The position numbers and the translations under genes are program-made. The notes beneath the pieces are model-generated. The model searched no databases. It was given only the letters and a program-made list of their open reading frames with translations, and was not told where the DNA came from. DNA of 64,000 nt from Cenococcum geophilum (Eukaryota): NCBI GenBank assembly GCA_050273025.1, contig CP158635.1, forward strand, positions 28,520,001 to 28,584,000. Reading direction: 5' to 3'. Numbering within the stretch: the stretch's first letter is position 1; each line of letters opens with the position of its first letter. Below are positions 25,854 through 38,224 of the stretch, one piece after another.

Positions 25854-26311
25854 AATAATAATAATAATAATTCATTGCTTAACGTCCGATTCGGATCCCT
25901 ATTGGGCCCACGCGGACTACTCCTTATGTACATGTGGGGAGAAAACTCCATTTGAGAAAACCCCGTGATCCATCTCCCCGCCTTTTGGGACTCGCCTGCG
26001 AGGCGCCTGCGAGTCACCTGTGGTGCTCCTACTACCTTACTTTTTGACCTCCTTGGGAACCACTGCTGCCGTAATAAGCCTACGGACGCGCTAGTATCGC
26101 AAACTTTACTCTACTACTGTAGAGTCATCAGGGGGCGCCCGTTGCTCGCCCCCCCACCCTCTATTACCATTTCCCTTGCAACCCGGAACTGGTTTAGTAC
26201 ATTTTGGCTAATAAGCCACTGGGTAACCGCCTTGAGGCCTTTTTGTGTTGAGAGCAGTGTATTATAGTTCTCTGTGCCAGCTACTGAAAGCATTGCTTCT
26301 CGGTTGGTGCA
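25854..26311 (-). mobile_element. 5'-truncated non-LTR retrotransposon (Tad1-like LINE) nested in the hAT
   Basis: 12-bp TSD GCGTAGAAATAT (25842-25853 and 26312-26323) and an (ATT)n 3' tail. The minus strand encodes an ORF2-like C-terminus REAMLSVAGTENYNTLLSTQKGLKAVTQWLISQNVLNQFRVA. Removing it rejoins the transposase as RRRNI*DIIGPIGKL. Confidence 0.85.
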
Positions 26312-27010
26312 GCGTAGAAATATTTAAGATATTATAGGGCCAATAGGAAAGCTTTATAATAACGTTATCTATATCCGTTCTTCAGCAAATCATACAACAT
26401 AGTTTAAGGGCAAAGCTAGAAAGATTATTCCTCTTAATAATCGTACAAGATAGAATAGCTGGTTTAATATATTGTCTATAGCTCTAGAGGATAAAATAAA
26501 GGCTGGACTTTAACTCTACGTGGAGCACTATAAGAAGGATATTCTAAGAGAGGACGTTCTTATAACAGATAACTAGACTCAGCTTCGTACGACTCACAAC
26601 TTCCTTTAAGCTTTCTATAACGCAACTCTTTTTCTTTAGAGAGATTATACGACACTAGAAAGAGTTCTGGAATCAATTAATACTCTTTAGAATATTATTT
26701 AAAAGGCATAGGTTAGTTATATAACTCCTTATTATATTTCTACTACTAATTCTTTTATATTAGGAATTAGCTTCTTTAAGTAAGAATAACTTTATACTAC
26801 CTCGCCTCGTAAGAGCTAAGGAAAAGCTTAAAAAGTATATAAAGAAGCTTACGAAATTTCCATACTATCTAGCTGCTAGAATTTTTAATCCTAAAAGCCG
26901 TACGGCTTTCTTAAAGGACAAGAACGACCATTTAAAGTTAACTACTACTGGGGAGAAGCAGCTCTATATCGTACGAAAGCTCTAAAAGAGATTCCGCGAG
27001 AAAACACTAT

Positions 27011-27166
27011 CTATCCCTTCGGCTGGTAGATTTGGTCCTACGGTTATCGATAAGAGCCAGCCAATAGAATCAATAGGATCAAGGATCCGTGACCATACGC
27101 GTACTTTTGATTCTGGTGTTCGCGCACGGTCCAACTATCGTAGAACCTTACCAGCCGAAGGGATAG
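27011..27166. mobile_element. 156-bp MITE nested in the hAT
   Basis: Perfect 18-bp TIR CTATCCCTTCGGCTGGTA / TACCAGCCGAAGGGATAG. A related copy starts at 41218. Confidence 0.9.
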
Positions 27167-28361
27167 GTCCTGCTCCATTATACAATACCCAAAGGAATAG
27201 GCCAGAGATCCCTAATAAAGAGCTCTCTACCTTTTAAAGGGCTATTCGTGAGCGAATCTTAAAGGCTACTCGTCTATAGAGCGAGGATGAGTTTAAGAGT
27301 TATATTAGCGAGAATCTAGTTATACTAGAGCCTCGTACGAGGGCTATTAATTAGTAGAGTTAATCAGCTTAACATACTAGATTTCCGCGGCTCTCACTAC
27401 TTGCAATTAAGGTTCTCTCAATTCCTGGAATAAGCGATAAGCCAGAGAGGGTATTCTCAGGCTCTCAACGTCAAATTCCATGGGATCGTACGATAACAAG
27501 TACAAAAACACTTAAAGCGACTGAATGTGCAAAGGACTGGGCGGATCGAGAGGTTCTGAGCGTTCCCTTGTAGCTTGTTGATATCTTAATGAGGAATCTT
27601 TGGGTAATACCTATTTTTAGAAAAGCTGTCGTGTTGCTGTCGGACTGTCGGCGACACTGTCGGCCCGACAGCCTGTCTGTCGGACAGGCCTGTCGGGGGC
27701 TGTCGCCCGCAAGTCTGATTCGGTGAGCAATGGGCGTGCCAATCGTCAATATGGAGAGGTTCGAATTTGGGCAATGGCAGGGCTTGGGGCAGGGTTTTTT
27801 TGTAATCCGATTTGGAGGAATATTGTATTGAGTCTTCTAAATAAGGTCTGCATCAATTTTAGTACGATTAGAAGGCATGGCGGTAGTGGAATTGATGATT
27901 GAATTCTACATAGATGCACGCGTAGTTTTAGAGACAGTGTTCGCGCACAGACCACTTTCTCGTTGGACGCTGCCGTGTCAAGGGATATAGCGAAGCGAGA
28001 ATGGAATTTCGATCAAATAAATCCACACCTATGTAGACAGATATACGGTTGATAAACGTTACATCTTGATTGGTCTCTTACAAGCTTACTCTTTAAGGAT
28101 TTTAACTCTAGATACCCAGCAGCCCTATTCCTGTCATTTCCCTTGGATTTTATGACGGAGAATCGACGTGTACCGACCCGGCAGCACTGTGCATCTTTAT
28201 ATTCAGTATTCTACCCCGGATCATTGAGACAGAAAGGTAATATAACATTCCATTTCCATGAACCTGCCACTGCGCTTTTGTTGATAACATCCACGAATTC
28301 CCAGACTCCAAGAATAATCCCAAGATACACTGTCTATATTCTTCACTTCTTCTCTCAGTAT

Positions 28362-29345
28362 TTATCTCAATCCAGCCAGTCGTCGCTCCTGAACCTCGGT
28401 CAACGCCCTGCTCCCGCTCAGGAAAGCAACGGTTCCAACCGCTGCCGCAGCAGGTAGAGTCTGGAACAGATTCCAGCTAGTATAATATAGGAAGAAGATC
28501 CCCTCAAGTGCCACAATGGAGCCGAAGAATAGGGCGTGAGAGAGAGGTGCGCTTCCGAGGGCTTTGGACATATGGTTGACATTGGCACCAAGAGTGAGCC
28601 AAGCACCAAATAATATTGGAAGAGCAGCAAGGACAGCAGCAGTGAAGACAAGCGATATTATCTTCGGGGGTGATCTGGGATCGGATCGGAAAATGTGGTG
28701 GATCTCCTCACGCTTGCCATAGCGGACGGGCTTCTCGGGGAGGCCAAGTGGGACGTTCGGGTCGCGCTCCACTGTGAGATCGAAGACTTTGCTTTTATAT
28801 GGCGTAGAGGAGCCAAACGATGCGATAACGAGGGATGCTGTGAGGGGCTGGGAGGATGCGAGGAGCTGGGCAGGAATATCTTTTTGGTTCTGTCTAGTGG
28901 TCAGCTTATATTCTAGCAATTGAGTAGAATGATCATACCAATTCCACTTTGCCTTTGCCAGTGTCTTTAACGCTGAAGATAAAGGACTCTTCAAGGCCTG
29001 AGGCTGGCTCAGTGAGCGTGAGGAACGCTTGGTGTGGTCGTTTGGCCTTCTTCCCATCGGTAGTCGTGAGGATAATCTTGAGAGTATCGACTGCACTCAG
29101 AGGAACCTCCTTGGATAATGGAGAATTGATGCTCAATCTAAAATTCAACGACAGTTATTAGCCTCAGACCTCAAGACAGTTGAAGAAACGGGCTCAACAT
29201 ACTTCTCCTTCAAACCTCCACCAGCACCGGCGCCCTTACTCTGAATTGTCAAAGTAGCATCTTCAAACCCCCAAGATGACGCCGCAGAAACAACAAAGGC
29301 ACTCGAAAGCAGTAATGGGGACAAGAATGAATGTAAGAAACGCAT
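28362..29345 (-). CDS. SWP1: Oligosaccharyltransferase delta subunit (ribophorin II)
   Basis: Signal peptide MRFLHSFLSPLLL, KAKRPHQAFL, RYGKREEIHHIFRSDPRSPP, three TM helices, GSRALTEVQERRLAGLR*, 2 introns. Confidence 0.92.
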
Positions 29346-29978
29346 TGTGATTGTGGATATGAAGTGCAAGACTTAGGCTCTCGAAATGTGTGTTCGAGAG
29401 CTCCAAGAAGATACGTAAGCTTTCCTAGGGTACGCGAGATGTGCCTAAAGCGAAACGCGATCCACATCCAACCACGCATTTAAACTCCGCCCCACAGAAG
29501 AGGAATATTTCTGTCTCTCAGCCGTGAAATAACGAATGTTGATTAGCTTTTTAAAAATGATATGCATTGACTTCCAACAGTATCATCTAGCCTAAACACT
29601 GGATTCTTAGCTACAATTCCAAGCACATCCGCCTATGTCTTAGATTTCCACCATTAATTAGTGACAGTGACCCACGCCTTCATCCTAGTTACGAGAAATA
29701 GTACTCTGCTTCCATTTTAGACTAACATGACTCAGACTGATATTTCTAAGAGCAAATTATATGCCATCATGTACTTCTCAGCATCCCAGCATCTCTCCGC
29801 CAATCAGCCAATCAGTGACGCGGTCGATCCTATATAGGTATCATTTAGAGGTTTTTTTGTCGCAGGGGGCAGAATGTTGGATTGCACACGGCTCCGAGAT
29901 CTCCAGATTCCAAGAAACTAAGAAAAAGCAGCAAAGCCATGGCGACATGTGCCGGCCCATGTCTGAACTGGTAGAAGT

Positions 29979-31912
29979 CTAGAAGTGCAACTGTGCGATA
30001 ACAATAGCTGCTACCAGATACAGGGACTGAATCTATACTGTCAGTTCATAGAGGCATATCAGGCCATATTTGCACGGGAAGAGTGTTCCAACTCACAGCA
30101 GAAATGAAATATGGTAACCCCAACCCTACTCCACCCGACTTGATTCCTTGCACCCATGTAACAGTCATAAGAGGCGCTCCAAGAAGCGATCCGAGAGTTT
30201 TTGTCAGCATGACGATACTAAAGTCTTGTGTATTGGTATGAGCGTCTTGCAGGGCGATCAAAGGGGATTTGACTAGAGACATTGTGAAAACCGGGAGAGC
30301 GGAGCCGAGGGCGTAGATTATGAGTGCTATTGAACCCAAATAATTCTGTCAGTGGCTTTGAAGAGTTGTGTAGGAAGTAGAATGATATATAGGGGCCTAG
30401 ATTGCATGGATAGATGGAGGCACGAACCAGTCAATAACATCCAGATTTTAAAAGACATAGCAACACAAAGTACTCCCAGAATCGAAATTAGTATACTTAT
30501 CTCGGTACCGATGAAGTTGAGACGAATTTCAGAGCCGTGAACGCTCTTGCTAGCTATTGATGCGCGAATGATACGTGGAACAAAGACGGTAAGAAGAACT
30601 ATGTTAACGAGAGCTTTTGCTGAGAGCAGGTAGCCGGCCTGCATCCGTCAGTTATGAGATTCTCCAATCTTATATTGGTAGTGGGGATTTATTTACCTGT
30701 GCAAATGTCCACTTGTATCTTTTAGAGATGTATTGTACAAGCAACTTCGTGTCCGAGCTCGCAAGTGCCGTGAGCAAGAATGACGCTAGGAGGAGCTGGA
30801 AGTTCCGACGGCCAATAATGAGCCGTATCAGTGTCATTACAGTTTGTATGATGCGATTAGGAAGCCTCTTGTCTGCTTCAAAAGCGTTGGAGTATCTTAT
30901 TGGGCTTGAGGGCCGTTGCCCGAGCAAAGGATCTGCTTCAGGAGCAGCAGGATCAGGTTGCAGAGAATATTTGCTCGGGTGACTCTTTGTCTCTGGTAGA
31001 AAGTATATCGTAGGGATTGCTGCCAAAAGGAGTGCAATGCCTATCCAAAATGGTAACCAGAGGCTCTGGCTCATAGTAAAGGACGCTAGAGAGGGTCCCA
31101 TAAATGCCACCACATACGAGACGGAGCTGATGTAGGAAAAGTGTGATGCCCTTGTGGTTAAAATCAGTAATACACGAAACTAAAACTGTATAATACTAAC
31201 CTTTGTAAGTATTCTCGTGTCAGAGCTGCAGTAAGAGCAAATATAGTAGAAGAAAATACACATTCACCACCAAGGACGGCAAGGAAAGGTCCGGCGACTA
31301 TGGCTTTCGTTGGGAAAATCATGTCAAAATTGCCTAAAAAATTTAGTATCCTAATCTAATAAATGCACGCCGATGAAAATAAAGGGCTGTCTCCGTACCA
31401 ATGATAAGAACCCAGAAAGACATGAAGATTCGCGGGATCATATTGAGCCAGAGAACAAGTCTAACTCCGAACCTCTCTGCTAGAAAGCTGAATGGAATTG
31501 TCACGATAAAGTCTTGAAAATATCAGCTCTGGTGAGTCAAGTATTTCAACATGGCAATATTAAGCTTACCGCAGACAATGACAGTCGTCTCCATAATGCC
31601 TTGCAACCATGCCAGCTGCTGTTGAACCTGATTCAGCTTACAAAGCTCCTCCGGGATAGAGCCATCAGGGCCGATTACGGACGGATCGCGCTGGATATAA
31701 TACTCTCGACATAATCTCAACTCAATCACCCGGTTCAAGGGAAGGTTGTATAGGCTCATGGCCATATTCGTCAAGATAAGCAGCAAGAGCAAGGTCCAGA
31801 GGACGGACCGTCCATCCTTACTTTTAGACAAAGTATCCTTAATCGGCTCTACTGCAGGAATTAATATATCCTCTTCAGAGGTAGCGCTGGTGTTGTGAAC
31901 GTGCTCGTCCAT
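29979..31912 (-). CDS. MFS transporter, multi-exon
   Basis: About 12 hydrophobic segments, LPLNRVIELRLCREYY, CKLNQVQQQLAWL, LGGECV, LLGAPL and GLPYFISA. Several GT-AG introns. Start is approximate. Confidence 0.85.
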
Positions 31913-33404
31913 AGCGTCAGCTAACAAAAATGTTAGATATTTGTGGTGCTGATTTTGCTGGCTGCATCTCGGATCAAACCAAGCATAACAGTAGCAGTGG
32001 AAGAGAAAGTATTGAATATATTGATCGTTGCATCATCTATTGTAATTTGTTGACACTGAGGATATAACCGAGGCCGTGGTCACGGTCGTGATGTTGGTGA
32101 GGTCAGATCGCCGGCACGTGCACTGGATGTCGTCCCAATATTATTTTTCTTTTCGAATATTTTTGTATGTACTAGGATATATTGCAAAGCATACATTCCC
32201 AAAGCTTAGGTCGTGAGAACGTATTCATATAGACCTCAGCATTCGACACAGCTTCAGCTTCGGGGGAGAAGCGTCAATTTTATCAGTCAAGCTAAGCTGA
32301 CTTAAGTCAAGTCAAGTCACAAAGAGCAAGTTCAGTGAAAAAAAAACCTGAGCGTTGAATTTGATCTTGATATCCGAGTTACATTGTTCAAGTCTACATG
32401 TTGCGTTATGCTTCAGAACTCCCAAGCGCTCAACCAGTTACCTAACGCCCTGACAGACCCAGTGGCGGTCGGACACTCCTGTTCACCAGTTTGTCAAGAA
32501 GAGCGGGAGCCTTAAAGCAGCATTACTTTTGTTCTTCTCGCTGCTAGCAAACGCCGAAGTGCAATGGCGATGCCTTTCACAGGAGACCGCTGACAGCCCG
32601 GTGGTTCTCGATCTGCTGTTGATTCCAAATCCCACTGTGATTCCGTGGCCTGCGGGTTCTACCGATCGCGATCAAACCCCTCGCAGATCCTGAGCCTAGC
32701 CGAAGTCTGATGGGTTTGAGCCATCTCGCTGAGACCTTCAAGTTCAGAATCCTTTATATAAGTATCGTCGATCCGAAGTAGCCTGGCAAGCCGGTGGAGT
32801 GAGCAGATCGAGAGACCTTACATTTCCGTTAGCCATCAGGTGGGCTGCTGGCCTTCTTCCAATGTGTGCATGGTGTCGCATCGCCAAAGAGCAAGCTTCA
32901 CTGCTCCAACAGAGGTTGATGACTGGCTTGAGTGATGAAAACGAAAATGCGGAACTGTCGGTGCCTCAAGCGGACGTCCCTCACTCAGGTAGTCCTCCAA
33001 AGACAAGCCTTGGGTGGGACAGCTGTAGTGACGAATTCCGTAGCTTACACGAGGACTTTCTCGGTCCAGACAGTGGGGACAAAGTAGCGTGGGCTTTGAG
33101 CTCTGAAAGACCGGTGAGGAAAAAGAAAGGAAGAAAGTGGAGGGAGGAAGAAAATATATAGACGGCGAAGTGCGCTAGTGCCAACTGCCAAGATTTCTGA
33201 AGAGATGCTGCCTGGTCTAAAAGATTAAATGAAATATTATAGCGGAACTTTCCGGGTAGACTCGAGAGCAAGCTGCCAGGAAGCCTTGACTTAGCCAAAT
33301 AGGCAATCTTTAGCCATCAAATATCCCAGCAAAAGTTGAGCATAGCCGACCCTATTGACAATACTAACATAGAAAGAGATTTATAGGCTTCCTGAAACCT
33401 TACT

Positions 33405-34792
33405 TCACTCTAGGCCATCATAAATCGCCTTCTCAGCCACAAACCACGACCAAAGCACTCCCATGTCCCCGAATGGAAGAACTTGACTCTCAATCATACT
33501 CGCAATACCCTTTTCGCGATCAACCCACCAAAACAAATTGCTCAATCCAACCCACCACGCTGTGTTAGCGCCTCTACCTGTAGCTCCGGGGCAATCGTCA
33601 AGAAGGAAAGGCCCCAGCCCTGCGGCGGGTTACCTTCCTGGGATAGAGTTATGGGGTCGAGTTGGATAGCTCAGGCTTCGCGGATGACGGTCTACCACGG
33701 GCGAAGTTGGGTTGGCCAGGGATCCGGTTCTCCCACACTGTAGCAATGGTCGACGGAGACAGAATTTTGGCGCCGGCAGTCGGGAATGTGCCGTCGTTGA
33801 GGAGCGTTGCGAGGATTTCTGGGAAATAGTCGGACGGCGGCATGGCTTGAGTTCTATTAGAAGGGGTAGATAGCTTACGGCAGTATTCGATCAACTTTGC
33901 GAAGCAGCCGCCACCACCAGGATTGAAGATTCTTGCCTGCTCCTCTTCGGTCTCTGCCGTCAATGGGCGTCGGCAGAGGTAATCACGCTCTTCAACGGAG
34001 CTATCATTTGCACGTTGATGCATGCTTGCCAGTTGTGCTTTCATCTCTTTACTCGGAAACACGTTCATATTCTTTAAGCTGAGTGGTTCTAAGATATATT
34101 TCTTTAAGTAGCTGTTGAGTTTGAGACCTGAGACGCGCTTGGCAAGAACACCGGCCTAGTCGATGTTAATCTGCAATTATGCCATCAATACATCTCCACT
34201 ACCGCAAATACTAAGGAATGAAGAGTAGTTGCGTAGGTAGTCAAGCCAATCGTATGAATGGGGGGAACATACGTCGTACTCCCACATTTTACCACGTTGG
34301 TTCACCAGCGGCATGCTTAACATCTCCTTCGCACATAAACTCATCATAGCCAATGAATCTCCCAAAATCCCTTAGTCTCGCATCGAAGAAAGAATATCCA
34401 AATCCGGCGGTATGTGTTAACAGCATCCTCAATGTGACACCACCTTCCTTAGCAACCAACTTTCCATTATCAATCACCTTCACATCCTTCAACTCTGGCG
34501 CTATCTTCTCAACAAGCTTCGCATCATCTAGAGCTAGTTTACCCTGCTCAACAAGCTGCATACATGCGATAGATGTTATAAGTTTGGTGCAAGAGGCAAT
34601 CCAAAAGACCGTGTCAAGCGTCATGGGTTCTTTAGTCGTGGCGCCGTGGGTTCCAGAGGGATGTTCGACGAGGCTTTTGCCTGTCTTGTCGACCGAAATG
34701 AGGATAAGGCCTGGGACACCGGTGGAGGGGTCTGAGGTAACGCCATCAAGGATGTTTTTGACATTTTGTGTAGCTTAAGCGGATATAGGCAT
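33405..34792 (-). pseudogene. Beta-lactamase-family (LovD-like) serine hydrolase pseudogene
   Basis: FWIASCTK (SxxK), LRMLLTHTAGFGY, WEY, GGGGCF and QGWGLSF motifs. TAA at codon 6 (MPISA*), TAG in place of Trp (NID*AG), plus frameshifts. Confidence 0.85.
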
Positions 34793-35739
34793 GATGAATA
34801 AAAGAGGCCAAACAACGTATTAGGGATAGAGTAGCCGATAACGCGCTCAGATTTTACTTTAGTATTGTATTGCATAGTTTGAAAATGGAGTTGAAGGAAG
34901 TAATGTGTGAATTAAGCCTGTCTCTTACGATGACCCGACACTGATTTATAGTTACAGCTTTCGAGCCCCAGGTTGTCTTACAACAAGCCCCACTTTAGTT
35001 CCTTACCCCGTACCAGACATACCTAGGCATTTCAAGCGGCGCTAGTACACTTTAATCGTAAATATTCCTTGCGGCGTTACCTGAACTGGGGATTGATCGG
35101 AGGCGTCAGAGAATGTACCAGCAAGGCCCGTTTCCAGTACATGTCATGAAATCCTGGTCGCGCGTCACCCCATGAATGGATTTTGAGTAATTCGTAATAT
35201 ATGCCCAAGTCATTCTTAGAATATGACAATCAAGTTCAATGCCTTAGGCTTGCCATTTCTGTGATTCCGGAAGAGCGTAAGGCCGTGCTGAGGCCCACCC
35301 ATAAGAACAGTGAAAACATCGGACGTCCGGAAGTTGAGAAACGCATGGTACTAGTTGGGGGTCCTTTGCCGATCTGCAGGAATATCGCTAGGAATCCGAC
35401 CGAACTGAAGCCGTGCTATTACCGATCAAACAAGGGTCTCGTTGCGTGTCGAAGCTGCCCAATAAAAATATTTTGAATCTGTCAATGCCTTCTGGCAAGT
35501 CTGAAAAACCCGAGCGATGGTCTAAAGCATAGGCTGACTAAGCTGGTAACTGTAATCCTTCTAGTTCGCGCTCCCTCAAAGCGCATCCCTCGTGTTTGCA
35601 TCTGCAGAGAAATGCTCTTTCTTCTCAATTGACGTCCTTCAATTGAGCGTAAGCTGATGTGCTCTATAACGCCTCAATAAAGCAGCGGCCGTGAACGGAA
35701 GCATTTTCAAACAAACTCGTGAAGCAGCTCCGCATTGTG

Positions 35740-37538
35740 TTATGCTAAGCCCTTCTTTCTACTTCGTGACAGGTTCTTAAGCTCTTTTAGCGCCGCCATC
35801 AACAAGGGCACAGCCACCGGACCAAGTAGGGGAAGATACACAGCAACCTTATGTTCGTCCGGGAAGTACACTTGGCCAACCATTGATCTCTCGAAGAAAG
35901 CCTTTTCAGCCTCTGCCTCGGCAACTCTCGCATGTTCTAGAGCGCTGTGAAATCTCCCTTCACGAAGGTCGTTACATGCTTGATGAAGATGGACAATAGT
36001 CTGATCGACTGACTTCGCAACAGTATCTGGGATTGAAATTGACGGTAACGCCCTTGTAAGCCGAGCTAGGGCTCCGAGTGTAGAAGATGCTGAAAAGAGG
36101 AGAGATGCTGCACGCACTCTTTTCAGAGTTGATAGCCGCAAAGGAAGAGATGCTGGAGATTGCGGGAGCCCAAGCAGAGAAAACAGTTGATTTGAAAAAG
36201 TGAGCATGGCTGGTCGCAGCGCGTCCTTGGTTACAGTGACTGGAGTTTGTGTATCCATTTGCGTCAAGGGATTGAGGATAAGGACACCGCCCCATTGCGG
36301 GATTAGCCAGCTATTGCCTCCATTCTCTCTGACCAGTAGTGGTGAGTGATTCTGGTCTGGTACGTAAAGGACAAAGTTTACGGTTGGTCCAGCCCCAATG
36401 CTTGGGCTTAAAGGCCATTCCGCGGCATTGATGAACCCGCTGAGATCCTCCTTACACAGTGTCCAAGCCTTCCATTCCGAGTCATATTCCGGCTGGTGGA
36501 TTGAGGGGGAGAAAGTAGCATAGAGCTGGACTTGGGTATCGACCGTGAAGTTACTTATCGAGGAAAGGGACTCAAGCAGTGGGGAGAGATATTCCTGAAG
36601 AGTAGACTCGATTTCCCATGAAGATGGCGCGGCAGTAGGAGTAAAGAGTGAGAAAGTCAAGTGGTAAGTTGGGGCATATTTGAAGGCCCGAGTGGATTGC
36701 CGTTCGAGTGAAGCTGTAGTTTCTGGTGATAATGATTTAATCTTTGAATTGTGCGCAGTAGAGCTGGTGGAAAGAAGATATGCGAGTGTTGCCTGCTCTT
36801 CGGCGAAAACTTTTTGCAATTCATTCGCAATGAATGTAGCCAGTGGGGAGGAAGTCGAAGAGGAAGGAGGAATCTGATTCGAGGTGTAATAGACATCCAA
36901 GGTCGGCGAGTAGGGCTGAAGCTCAGAACGTGGCGCAGAGCCACTCTCTCCAGGTATCAATCTGATTGATAATGCTATGTCTTCATCATTGGTACTGCCG
37001 TGAAGTTCAGTATCCTTGTAATTTGTAATGACCGGCATTTCCTGGGAAGTATTGGAGGTTGTGGAAGATTCTGCTAGAAGCAAGCGCAGGTGATGCGCAG
37101 AGAACTCATTCAGATCGTCAAGTGCATGTTGAGTGGTCCGAAGAAGATGCTGGGCATCTTGGGATGGCAGCGCAGGAGCTTCGACGGCAATACGCAGTGG
37201 AAATACAGGACGACAGATCTAGAGCACAAGCATCATTAGTGGTAGTCGAGCGACAGATGAAGAGATCGAACCTTTCCATCAGCCCAATCCGTCATTACTT
37301 GCAGAGGAAGGTCTGCTCGGTAGATTGCTGTAGTCTTCCACCATACCGGCAATCCGACTAGAATGACGACGGCCCAAAAGGACAGAATTACAAGGCGTCT
37401 TGTCCATATTGCTTCCTTACTCTCTGGCGGAGGCTCTTTCTTTGCGGTGACTGTAGCAATGACTTTTCCAGAAGTGGATCCATCAGCCGCATTTGGATTC
37501 AAGCTCAAAGACGTATCTGCGCTTGCCCTAGGCGACAT
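35740..37538 (-). CDS. GPI17: GPI transamidase subunit PIG-S
   Basis: GLPVWWKTTAIYRADLP, FINAAEWPL, WLIPQWGGV and AEKAFFERSMVGQVYFPDEHKVAVYLPLLGP, 1 intron. Confidence 0.95.
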
Positions 37539-38224
37539 GTTGTGGATTTTCCGAGTCTGCTATACGAGAAGCTTACCTGAGATACCGCTGTTTGACATTC
37601 ATCTTAAAGTCTTGGCAGGGACTTTCAACAACTTCTGCATGGGTCTCGAGAAACCAAAACCGAATATTTATCTACTCCAGCATACGATGACTTCAAGCTT
37701 GTTAAATCTTTTCTTTCTACAACCCTGGCTATATAATTGTTCGCGATCTTGGTGGTTTATACACGAGATTGGATATCCTAGTTTTCATTTTGGATATGCT
37801 CTTGGTGCATTTTCGGACACTAAGCGACCCGACGTGCCATAGTAACCTTCGGTACTTTGCATTGTCTCAAGATGAAACAGTAGAGGAAGGGATACTTTGG
37901 TTTCTAGAGACAGACTAAACCACAATACACCGAATTAGTAGAACTTTGATCCCTGTGCTCTTATATCTCAAAAAGCGTAGCAATCTCATTCGACAAGTGA
38001 TTCACATTCAGAGACCTATGATATTTCTACTACTGGCAACTTAGAATCTGCTAGATAAATGCCATGTGCCCGGCAAAGCGAGCGAAGCCAAATAGGGTAT
38101 CGTGCTAAATCAATCTAATTCGACCTGCTGATAGTAAAAGTCTCCAAGAGCATTTTTCCTCGCACTCTGCTAGATTCCCTCATATGCCGGTCGGCAAAAC
38201 ATTTAGTATTAATCCCCAATCCAA

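Larger units (their letters stand above)
24415..27717 (+). mobile_element. Full-length hAT DNA transposon, RIP-inactivated
   Basis: 20-bp TIR CAGGCTTGCGGGCGACAGCC (1 mismatch). 8-bp TSD ATTCGGTG at 24407-24414 and 27718-27725. Subterminal CGACAG/CTGTCG repeats. Transposase remnants: BED-like finger, IWTSPN, SDN, GHIINL, TR*NSW and the dimerization motif FPRLSLLAIKVLSIPGISDKPERVFS. Many TAA/TAG stops and TpA excess. Confidence 0.95.

Noticed and set aside
26100..26135. Hammerhead-like CUGAUGA plus hairpin (CUCUAC-AGUA-GUAGAG) on the minus strand at the LINE stop codon
   Set aside because: Followed by UAAA rather than GAAA, and no stems I/III were found. TGATGA is explained by tandem stop codons.
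32799..33298. Overlapping 120-aa (+) and 105-aa (-) ORFs
   Set aside because: Non-ATG starts, no recognisable domain or gene structure.
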